A stretch of 45,541 nt of DNA from Planctomycetota bacterium. GTDB taxonomy: Bacteria > Planctomycetota > GCA-002687715 > CAIWVZ01. This document shows, piece by piece, positions 10,401 through 17,450 of this stretch. The notes below the pieces were generated by a model that was given only the letters and a program-made list of their open reading frames with translations, made no database searches and was not told the origin of the DNA. Every line of letters begins with the position of its first letter. The first letter of the stretch is position 1. The stretch spans positions 1 to 45,541 of the forward strand of contig JAFMJN010000002.1 of NCBI GenBank assembly GCA_017853435.1, in the 5' to 3' direction. The position numbers were made by a program, and so were the translations under genes.

Positions 10401-11286
10401 GCGAAGTTCCGCGGGGCGTCTCGCAGGTTCGGTGTTGCGTCGCGCCGTCGAGGCGGCGCCCGACGCCTTGAAGGAGGTCGGTAATCGGGTCGCCCGTCGA
10501 TGGGCGATTCGTGGAGCGTCGCCCGGGTCGCATTCCGAGCGCGAAGCGGCGATTCGCAACCGTCTTTCGACCACGCAGGAGGCGTTTCGCGCGGTGGACA
10601 TGTTCTTCGCGCCGAGTCGGTTTCTTCGCGAACGATTCCTCGCCTCCGGCATCGTGCCGTCCGATCGGATCGTTTGGTCTCCCTACGGACAAGACGTCGA
10701 GCGGTTCCCGAAACATCCCAAAACCCCTTCGGAACGACTTCGCGTCGGCTACCTCGGCACCATTTCCTCCTACAAGGGGCTCGGCGTACTCATCGAGGCG
10801 CTCGAAGCGTTGTCCGCCTATCCCGTCGAAGGGCGCATTCACGGGGCCCTCGAAATTTTCCCCGACTACACGGCTCATTTGCGTGCGACGATCCGCAACC
10901 CGCGCATCGCTCTTCTCGGAAGGTTCGACAACCGCGACGTCGCGCGACTGCTCGCCGACATCGACGTGCTCGTCGTCCCGAGTCTGTGGTGGGAGAATGC
11001 TCCCTTGACCATCCACGAAGCCTTTCTTTCGAAGACGCCCGTGGTCACCTCGGACATCGGGGGCATGAAGGAATTGGTTCAGCATGGGGTGAACGGACTG
11101 CACTTCAAAGCGGGAGACGCTGCGGATCTCGCTTCGGTCCTTCGAAGCTTGGCGCTCGATCGCGCCTCGCTGCGGACCCTGGAGCCCGATCCGTCGATCG
11201 TGCGTGATATCCGTGAAGATGCACTTTCGATGCTCGCTCGGTACTCGGCCGCGGTGTCCGCATCGTCCGAGAGAGCCTTCGCATGA
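7405..11286 (+). CDS. Giant bifunctional glycosyltransferase: GT4 module - ~400-aa coiled coil - GT4 module
   Basis: Uninterrupted 1293-aa ORF (GTG 7405; GTG 7423 is an alternative start). The N-terminal module has 'KILHVVHGFPPECRGGTES' and EX7E 'ESWSFVLDE'. The C-terminal module has 'PKVLFVVHDFLPYHAAGSEIYTYQLAKAL', EX7E 'ENAPLTIHE' and 'GGMKELVQHGVNGLHFKAGD'. The central part (nt ~8700-9900) is A/R/E/L/D-rich, heptad-like, and holds a single proline. Confidence 0.85.
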   Translation: MRAGEGVGAKGKRKILHVVHGFPPECRGGTESVVARVAEAQAARGHAVTVLFGTMQVGEATTLERVDGPIAGVTHLRLRKSGLFVDQWDRSDDSEALDLIARSEAADADVVHVHQWIRLTRHLVRWARSLGKTVCVTLHDATVSCPIAFRVREDGLCRKDPGSSSCFGCAPTPFGMDETTCRDALDVFVADMRAEVAAADAVVVPTRAHAAFLAPWLPAEVRPIVVAHPSLESAPRRVHSSTVPADSPIRVLHFGHLNDVKGVPLLYEAMGLLAPSVRSALRLDVYGTAADPRMRARLDALKSGLPIYEHGPYVPSELDGDRHDVVVIPSRASESWSFVLDEAFAMSLPAIVPACGALEERIGAAGFVYPPDSVEGLASILEMLVRDRSQLDRARASIPGDRGVETHVDALDVVYGDARPKAPIAEPGLWAGLERRSRAALRRASMSIVEARGRVDAEIVRYDDLFANFKAAEAGVSEARSEISRLGTVLDGFRESVRQYAARCTELEKWVASLREGTEDGGRSVDRLLELERTLNGVEAALADREGELRIAERRLEFETARATESSVRAEAESRRAETEVFARHDVERTLHAALASTADLARRLVRVEADARLASDALRVERAARRDVGELVGHLEGDLRALRSVIAKQEREVVERAADIELLTTSQRALSARLESLAREAIAKDADLARAFHRESELKDVLAFSERRRRDVSDVVAAERATASSLQARVSADAARIRHLESVVRETKAEADAARALYDGLRAETNHERERVIRSEEILGAAFDGERLDPESASAWARKHAEAVAELDALRRAIVEDRGASAALKARVSTTSRRPKVLFVVHDFLPYHAAGSEIYTYQLAKALSKHVDVHLAFCENRPERPQYETREGTFDGLPFTEVVHHDAFPTFGATYEDPEMDRVFDGILRRVRPDVVHVQHLKFWGLGVLGRARKAGCRVFYTLHEYMAICPRDGQMRRPDGERCELPVPSTCADCITHVALSRSSAGRLAGSVLRRAVEAAPDALKEVGNRVARRWAIRGASPGSHSEREAAIRNRLSTTQEAFRAVDMFFAPSRFLRERFLASGIVPSDRIVWSPYGQDVERFPKHPKTPSERLRVGYLGTISSYKGLGVLIEALEALSAYPVEGRIHGALEIFPDYTAHLRATIRNPRIALLGRFDNRDVARLLADIDVLVVPSLWWENAPLTIHEAFLSKTPVVTSDIGGMKELVQHGVNGLHFKAGDAADLASVLRSLALDRASLRTLEPDPSIVRDIREDALSMLARYSAAVSASSERAFA

Positions 11287-13544
11287 AGGTTCTCATGCTG
11301 ACGATGGGATTGCCGCCCGCCTCTCGCGGTGGGACGGAAGTTCACGTCATGGGGCTCGCTCGGGCTCTGCGTCGACGCGGAGATCGGGTGGTGTTGGCCT
11401 GTCGCGAATCGGCGGAAGGACGGACGCCTTTCTCGGTCCGTCGGGAAGCGCTCGACGGTTTCGATGTGTATCGGATGGCCTACGACTTCCATGACGCGAC
11501 GTCGTATCGCGCCATTCATGAACATCCTTCGATCGACGCCGCTCTCGAGGGGGTGGTGGATGCCGTCGCGCCCGACGTCGTCCATATCCATCACTTCAGT
11601 TGCCTGTCGACGTCGTTCCTCGATCGACTCCATGCGCGCCGTATCCCGACGGTCGTGACGCTGCACGATCACTGGCTCCCGTGTCCGCGGGGACAGCGAA
11701 TCACCCCCGAACTCGAAATTTGTGAAACTCTCGATCGAAACCGCTGCGCCACTTGTCTCGGCGCCTTGTGGCCGCATTTCGACGTCGGGCCCAAGGTGCT
11801 CGAAGAGGCCGACACGCGTCTGTTGCGGCGTTTGAATCGTGTCGATCTCCTTATCGCACCTTCCGAGTTTCACGCGCGACGCATGATCGAATGGGGACTC
11901 GACCCCGCGTTGGTGCGCGTCGTCGTGCACGGACTCGAATCGGACGGCTACGAAGCCGTCAGGCGACGCCGGTCGGGCGTTCGCGTCGTCGGCTTTCTGG
12001 GCAGCGTCATTCCGTCGAAGGGGGTTCACGTCCTGATCGAGGCGTGGAAGCGCCTCGGGCGAACCGACATCGAACTCGTCGTTCACGGCGAAGCACCGAC
12101 GTTCCACGGGCGAGACGGGTACGTCGACGGTCTCCGTGCCGCGTGCGACGGTCTTCGGGTGCGGTTCGCGGGAGCCTACGAACCGGCGGATGTCCCGCGC
12201 CTTCTGCGGGGTATCGACGTCCTCGTCGTGCCTCCCGTGTGGTGGGAGTCGTTCTGCCTCACGGCGCGCGAAGCGTTTCTTGCCGGCGTTCCGGTGGTCG
12301 CCTCCGGACACGGGGCGTTGCTCGAAGCCTTCGAGGACGGGAACGGCGGACGGTTCTTTCCCCCCGGCGATGTGGAGGCGTTGGCGGCGACACTCGCGGA
12401 TCTCATCGACCACCCCGAGCGTCACGAGGCTCTCGCGGCTTCCGTTCCCGCCGTACGAAGCATCGCGGAGTGCGCCGACGAGACCTCGCGTCTTTACGCG
12501 TCCGTCGCGGCGGCGCGTCGTCATCGAGAGGCGCTCGATGGAAGCGACGCGCTTGGACTGCTCGGCCCCGACGCGACCGCGACGCCGTACTGCACGGTGT
12601 TCATTCCGACGTGGAACGGGTTGCCCGAACTATCGGGAGTCTTGGCGAAACTCGTCGTCCAGCGCACGCCGTTCCCGTTCGAGATCCTCGTGATCGATTC
12701 CGGTTCGACCGACGGAACTCTCGAACTTCTGGCCGAATATCCGTCGATTCGCGTGATCCGCATCCCGAATTCCGAGTTCAATCACGGTACGACGCGCAAT
12801 CGCGGCGTCGCCGAGGCACGCGGTGAGATCGTCGCCTTGTTGACGCAGGATGCGGAGCCCGTCGACGATCGATGGCTCGCCCGTCTCGTCGGGAACTTTT
12901 CCGATCCCCGAGTCGCGGGGGTCTATTGCTCGCAGCGACCGCGTCCCGACTGCGACCCTTTCGCGCGGGATCGGTTGAAGGACTGGACCGCGGAGTCCGG
13001 GCCACCCGTCGTGCAGGGGCCGGTGACGCCCGAAGCGTTCGAAAGCATGACGCCGTGGGAGCGGTATCTGGTGTCGCGCTTCGACGACGTCGCGAGTTGC
13101 GTGAGGAAATCGGCCATGGTCGAGGTTCCTTACGCGCGTCGTCAGTTCGGAGAAGACGTCGAGTGGGGGAAACGTGCCGTCCTCGCCGGATGGAAGATCG
13201 TGAACGACCCCGGCTCCGTGGTGATTCACTCGCACACGTCTCCGGTGCTCTACGAATTCAAGCGCGTTTATCTCGACCATCAAAATCTTCACGAGCTCTT
13301 CGGTCTGCACACGTTGCCGCGCTGGACCGACGTTCCTTTGTGTGCGGTGCGTTACTTCCTTCATCTGCTCCCCGTCGTTTGGCGCGACGACCGGGACGTC
13401 GCCTTCAAACTTTGGTGGACGTTGAAATTGCCGCTGTACGCGTTCACCCAAAATCTCGCGCAATGGCTCGGCGCGAAGTCCGTCGCGTGGAAGCGCGACG
13501 GTCGGCATCGTTGGGTGGACGCCTTGCTTCGGAAATCGGTGTGA
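11283..13544 (+). CDS. Bifunctional glycosyltransferase: N-terminal GT4 fused to C-terminal GT2
   Basis: 753-aa ORF with an ATGA overlap to the upstream gene. GT4 part: 'MKVLMLTMGLPPASRGGTEVHVMGLARAL', EX7E 'ESFCLTARE'. GT2 part from nt ~12585: 'YCTVFIPTWNGLPEL...ILVIDSGSTDGT', 'FNHGTTRNRG', 'LLTQDAEP'. Confidence 0.85.
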   Translation: MKVLMLTMGLPPASRGGTEVHVMGLARALRRRGDRVVLACRESAEGRTPFSVRREALDGFDVYRMAYDFHDATSYRAIHEHPSIDAALEGVVDAVAPDVVHIHHFSCLSTSFLDRLHARRIPTVVTLHDHWLPCPRGQRITPELEICETLDRNRCATCLGALWPHFDVGPKVLEEADTRLLRRLNRVDLLIAPSEFHARRMIEWGLDPALVRVVVHGLESDGYEAVRRRRSGVRVVGFLGSVIPSKGVHVLIEAWKRLGRTDIELVVHGEAPTFHGRDGYVDGLRAACDGLRVRFAGAYEPADVPRLLRGIDVLVVPPVWWESFCLTAREAFLAGVPVVASGHGALLEAFEDGNGGRFFPPGDVEALAATLADLIDHPERHEALAASVPAVRSIAECADETSRLYASVAAARRHREALDGSDALGLLGPDATATPYCTVFIPTWNGLPELSGVLAKLVVQRTPFPFEILVIDSGSTDGTLELLAEYPSIRVIRIPNSEFNHGTTRNRGVAEARGEIVALLTQDAEPVDDRWLARLVGNFSDPRVAGVYCSQRPRPDCDPFARDRLKDWTAESGPPVVQGPVTPEAFESMTPWERYLVSRFDDVASCVRKSAMVEVPYARRQFGEDVEWGKRAVLAGWKIVNDPGSVVIHSHTSPVLYEFKRVYLDHQNLHELFGLHTLPRWTDVPLCAVRYFLHLLPVVWRDDRDVAFKLWWTLKLPLYAFTQNLAQWLGAKSVAWKRDGRHRWVDALLRKSV

Positions 13545-14821
13545 GGCCGCGCGCCCTTTTTGTCGGACACGTCCCGCCCGACGCCCGTGGCGGTGGGGTC
13601 GGCAATCACATGGGCGAAGCGGCCCGCGCGGTTTCGGATCTTTTCGAGATCTCATGGTTCACGCGCGGGTCCGATGGTTCGGGTGATGATCTCGCGGTTT
13701 CGGAGGAGACCTTGTTCGAGGGTGGTCGCGCTTTCGTGTTTGCCCATCGCGGCGTGCGGGGGACGTCGTTTCGAGAACGGACGCGATTCGAGCCCGCGGA
13801 GGCGGCGTTCGATCGCGTGCTCCGCTCCGTCCGTCCCGATGTCGTTCATATTCATCATTGGTCGTGGCTGTCGTCCGGCATGGCCGCGGCGGCCCGCGCC
13901 TTCGGGGCCCGCGTCGTCCTTACGCTGCACGACCATGTCGCGACGTGCCCGCGGGGGAGGCGCTATCGACCGGACGACGTCGTTTGCGAGACGGTCGTGC
14001 CCGAGACGTGTGCGGCGTGCGTCGTTCCGCGGTGGATCGAAGCGGTGCGGAATCCCGATTCGAAGGCGCGCGCGATCGTCCGCGCCTTGTTCGGTCGAAG
14101 CGAAGATCTTCGCCTTCTCGCGGAGCGCGAACGTCGGATCTTGGACATGTTGGCGTCGGCCGATGCGATCGTTTTTCCGTCGGAGGACGCGCGTCGACGT
14201 TGTGCCGAGCGGTTCGGATCCCTTTCCGATCGGATGCGGGTGATTCCCCCCGTTTGGAAGCGCCCCCTTTCGGCTCCGCCTCGGCGTCCCGACGGAGCGG
14301 TGTTTCGCGTCGGACTTCTCGGCGATCCCGCCTTCGCGAAGGGGATCGTTCCCGCGGCACGCGCGATCGCTGGATGCGAGCGTCCGACGTCGCTGGACGT
14401 TTGGGGAGAGCCGAGCGCGCACGTCGCGGGGGTGCTCTCCGCCGCCGCGCCGGGCCACGTTCGGTGGCGGGGTCGCTACACCCCCGATACGCTCGGCGAC
14501 GTCATGGCGACGCTCGACGCGGTCGTGGTTCCGTCGCTTTGGCCCGAGACCTTCGGCATCGTCGCGCGTGAAGCGGCCGCCTACGGGCGTCCGGTGATCG
14601 TGAGCGCGATCGGGGGACTCGCCGACGCCGTGGTGCGTGGCGTGGCCGTCGGCGTCCCCCCCGGCGATGTCCATGCGCTGCGTGCGGCGATCGACGCGCT
14701 TCCTTCGGGTTCCGATCCGATCGCCGTCCCGTCCGGGGTCGATGCGGAATGGTGCGAAGGTCGCGACGGGCTTCGGGCTCTCTACGCGGACCTCGTCGTC
14801 GGTGGTAAGACGGGGGCATGA
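13541..14821 (+). CDS. Glycosyltransferase family 4, Cys4-insert paralog 5
   Basis: The track ORF 12872..14821 is trimmed to GTG 13541 (GTGA overlap). 'RALFVGHVPPDARGGGVGNHMGEAARAV', 'VVHIHHWSW', 'TLHDHVATC-x12-C-x7-CAAC', EX7E 'ETFGIVARE'. Confidence 0.8.
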   Translation: MRPRALFVGHVPPDARGGGVGNHMGEAARAVSDLFEISWFTRGSDGSGDDLAVSEETLFEGGRAFVFAHRGVRGTSFRERTRFEPAEAAFDRVLRSVRPDVVHIHHWSWLSSGMAAAARAFGARVVLTLHDHVATCPRGRRYRPDDVVCETVVPETCAACVVPRWIEAVRNPDSKARAIVRALFGRSEDLRLLAERERRILDMLASADAIVFPSEDARRRCAERFGSLSDRMRVIPPVWKRPLSAPPRRPDGAVFRVGLLGDPAFAKGIVPAARAIAGCERPTSLDVWGEPSAHVAGVLSAAAPGHVRWRGRYTPDTLGDVMATLDAVVVPSLWPETFGIVAREAAAYGRPVIVSAIGGLADAVVRGVAVGVPPGDVHALRAAIDALPSGSDPIAVPSGVDAEWCEGRDGLRALYADLVVGGKTGA

Positions 14822-16917
14822 TCTCCCGCTTCCTGTGCGTGCTTGCGTTGCTCGTCGCCGCGACGTCCGGGCAGGGAAGGGTCATCCTGATCGGGGTCGA
14901 CGGTCTCGATCCCGAATTCACGACGCGCTGGACCGACGACGGCACGCTTCCCGAACTCGCCGCGCTCCGGCGCAATGGAGGACTCGCGCCGCTTCTTCCC
15001 ACCAATCCCGCTCAGTCGCCGGTTTCGTGGGCGTCGCTCATCACGGGCCGCAATCCCGGTGAAACGGGCATCTTCGACTTTCTCGCGCGTCGCGCCAAGA
15101 ACGGGGAGATCACGGCGGAACTCGCCTTGGTCGATCGCGTACGACTTCCGCTGAGGGCGTGGGTCGTCGGCGTGCTGATGGTGGTCATTCTCGCGTTGTC
15201 CGGGTTCGTGGCGTACCGCAGGCTTCGAGCGGGAGCCGTCCTTCGAAGGGCGCCCTTCGTCGGCACGTTGCTCGGGGCCGCGTGTTTCGTCGGGGCGCTC
15301 GGAGCGTGGTTGCCCGCGTGGGTCGAGGTGCCCCGGAACGCGCGCGGCGGCGAGACACTGTTCGAGCGTCTCGACCGTGCGGGCATCGGAACGGTCAACG
15401 TGTTCGCTCCGATGTCGTTCCCCGCGCCCGATCTCAAGAACGGCTGCGTGCTCTGCGGACTCGGCGTCCCGGACGTGATGGGAACTCCGGGCACGGCGGT
15501 GGTCTACCGCGAAGAGCCGATCGCGGGGGGCGTGAGGATCACTCCGACGGGATGTCGGGAAGTGCAGATGACGGAGGTCGGCGGCGTTCTCGCCGGACCG
15601 AAGGTCGAAGGACCGCGTCGCCCCGACGGATCGCGGCCGCAAGTCCCTCTGAAAGTGATTCCCGCGCGTGGACGCAACGCGCTGATCTTCGAACTCGACT
15701 CCGGACTGTCGATCGAAGTGGCGAAGGGCGGCTGGACTCCGTGGATGGATGTCCCGATTCCTCTCGGGCCGCTCGGAGTGTTGTCGTCGTTGGCGCGCTT
15801 CCGTGTCCTTGAGGCGGGCGCCCGCACGATCATCTATCAGGAACCGTCGTGCTTCGATCCTCGGCGACCGTCTCCGGTCGCGCCCATCGTTTCGCCGAAG
15901 TCGTTCGGATCCGAGTTGGCGACCGACGGCCGTCCGTTCGGCACTCTCGGTTGGGCGTGTGCGACGAATCCGCTCCAGGACGAGATCATCGACGAGGAGA
16001 CCTTCCTCACGCAGACGCTCGATATCGATCGGGAGCGCGAGGAACTCGTGATGCGAGCCTTGGGTCGCAGCGGTTGGAAGATGTTTTTCTGCGTGTTGTC
16101 GACGCCGGATCGCGTCCAGCACCTTTTCATGCGCGATCACGACCCCGCGCATCCTCGTCACGATCCGACGGCGATCGCTCGACGCGGAGATCCGATCAAG
16201 GAGTCGTATCGCCGTATCGACGCCCTCGTCGGTCGCATCCGTCGCGAAGTCGCTTCGCGCGACGACTTGATCGTCGTTTTCTCCGATCACGGCATCGCCC
16301 CGTTCCGCCATCAAGTCAATCTCAATCGTTGGCTCGCCGAAGAGGGTTATCTCGTCGGATCCGAAGCGGGTTCCGAACGCACCATCGAAACGTCGATCGG
16401 CGGCTCCGCGTTGTTCCCCGGAATCGACTGGACGCGCACGCGTGCGTATTCGATGGGGCTCGGGAAGATCTGGCTCAATCTGCAAGGTCGCGAGCCTCGC
16501 GGCTCGGTCGATCCCGCGAAGCGTCGCGCCTTGCTCGAAGAAATTCGCACGAAGCTCCTCGCACTCGAGCATGACGGAAAGCGGATCGTGCGGTCGGTCG
16601 GCGTCCGCGAAGACCTCTATTCCGGAGATCGCGTCGAGGAGTCCGCGGATCTCGTCGTCGGATTCGAGCGCGGCTATCGGATTTCGTGGCAGGCGACGCT
16701 CGGCTCGCTCGACGAGCCCGTGATCATTCCCAATCGTCGACTTTGGTCGGGTGACCATTGCTCGGTGGACCCCGCTTTGGTGCCGGGAGTCTTCGTCGCA
16801 TCGCGTCCTTTCGCCGAAAACGAGGTCGGCGTCCTCGATCTCTTCCCGACGGTCGAAGCATGGTTCCGACTTCCCCGTACGATCGGGCTCTCGGGGCGGG
16901 TGCTCGCGTGGAAGTGA
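14818..16917 (+). CDS. Alkaline-phosphatase-superfamily enzyme (type I phosphodiesterase/nucleotide pyrophosphatase-like), membrane tethered
   Basis: 699-aa ORF with an ATGA overlap. Signal-like N-terminus 'MISRFLCVLALLVAATSGQG'. Metal-ligand and nucleophile-type motifs: 'LIGVDGLDPE', 'NPAQSPVSWASLITG', 'VFSDHGIAPF', 'WSGDHCSVD'. Two hydrophobic helices are inserted at nt ~15150-15325. Confidence 0.75.
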   Translation: MISRFLCVLALLVAATSGQGRVILIGVDGLDPEFTTRWTDDGTLPELAALRRNGGLAPLLPTNPAQSPVSWASLITGRNPGETGIFDFLARRAKNGEITAELALVDRVRLPLRAWVVGVLMVVILALSGFVAYRRLRAGAVLRRAPFVGTLLGAACFVGALGAWLPAWVEVPRNARGGETLFERLDRAGIGTVNVFAPMSFPAPDLKNGCVLCGLGVPDVMGTPGTAVVYREEPIAGGVRITPTGCREVQMTEVGGVLAGPKVEGPRRPDGSRPQVPLKVIPARGRNALIFELDSGLSIEVAKGGWTPWMDVPIPLGPLGVLSSLARFRVLEAGARTIIYQEPSCFDPRRPSPVAPIVSPKSFGSELATDGRPFGTLGWACATNPLQDEIIDEETFLTQTLDIDREREELVMRALGRSGWKMFFCVLSTPDRVQHLFMRDHDPAHPRHDPTAIARRGDPIKESYRRIDALVGRIRREVASRDDLIVVFSDHGIAPFRHQVNLNRWLAEEGYLVGSEAGSERTIETSIGGSALFPGIDWTRTRAYSMGLGKIWLNLQGREPRGSVDPAKRRALLEEIRTKLLALEHDGKRIVRSVGVREDLYSGDRVEESADLVVGFERGYRISWQATLGSLDEPVIIPNRRLWSGDHCSVDPALVPGVFVASRPFAENEVGVLDLFPTVEAWFRLPRTIGLSGRVLAWK

Positions 16918-17450
16918 CGTCGCGCGCCGAACCCTTGCGCCGGGTCGTCCACGTCGCGGTGGGCCTTCCCGCGTTCTTCCTCGATCGAAGCACGGTCACG
17001 TTCTTCATCGGCGCCTGCGTCGCGGGGGCCGTGTTCAACGCCGTGGTGCTTCGCCTCGTGCCGATCTTCCGCGAGGTCCGTGACGTGCCGCGCGGGTCGG
17101 CCGGAACCGTGCTCTATCCCGCGACACTCGCGGTGCTGCTCGTTCTCTTTCGCGACCGTCCGGAACTCGTGAAGGTCGGATGGATCATGTTGGCCTTCGG
17201 TGACGGCTTGGTTCCGTTGTTCGCGAGGCTCGGGGGTCCACGTTGGCCGACGGTTGAAGGTAAGCGTGTGATCCCTTCCGTTTTCGCCGCCGCGTGTGCC
17301 GCCCTCGTCGCATGGCCCGCGACGGATTGGAAACTTGCCTTCGCGGGTGCCGCCGCGGCCGTCTTCGCCGACGCGATCCCGCGGGTGGACGACAACATCG
17401 CGTGGCCCGTTCTCGGCGTCCTCGGTGCGTGGGGGGGCTACGCCGCGTGA
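16914..17450 (+). CDS. Small polytopic membrane protein, polyprenol (dolichol/phytol) kinase / CTP-transferase-1-like
   Basis: The track ORF 16758..17450 is trimmed to GTG 16914 (GTGA overlap). About 6 hydrophobic helices. 'MLAFGDGLVPLFARLGG...VEGK' and 'ADAIPRVDDNIAWPVLG' resemble the GDxxAxxxG and DN..P motifs of the COG0170 dolichol/phytol kinase family. The match is degenerate, so the function call is tentative. Confidence 0.5.
   Translation: MTSRAEPLRRVVHVAVGLPAFFLDRSTVTFFIGACVAGAVFNAVVLRLVPIFREVRDVPRGSAGTVLYPATLAVLLVLFRDRPELVKVGWIMLAFGDGLVPLFARLGGPRWPTVEGKRVIPSVFAAACAALVAWPATDWKLAFAGAAAAVFADAIPRVDDNIAWPVLGVLGAWGGYAA

Noticed and set aside
7636-11103. Long minus-strand ORFs 7636..9309 (557 aa) and 9433..11103 (556 aa) opposite the 1293-aa glycosyltransferase gene
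   Set aside because: Their composition is Arg/Glu/Asp/Gly-rich with no motifs, as expected for antisense frames of a high-GC gene. The plus-strand frame carries clear GT4 motifs twice and an unbroken 3.9-kb ORF.
14782-16758. 658-aa minus-strand ORF opposite the alkaline-phosphatase-superfamily gene
   Set aside because: It has no recognisable domain and is a typical GC-driven shadow ORF. The plus frame has the signal peptide, the AP-superfamily metal-ligand motifs and ATGA coupling at both ends.
6000-16917. Idea that the radical SAM/SPASM enzyme is an anSME-type maturase making formylglycine in the alkaline-phosphatase-superfamily protein
   Set aside because: The AP-family protein shows 'AQSPVSWASLITG', not the sulfatase C/S-x-P-x-R signature. 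It looks like the phosphodiesterase/NPP branch with a Ser/Thr nucleophile. There is no direct support, so it is kept only as a remote possibility.
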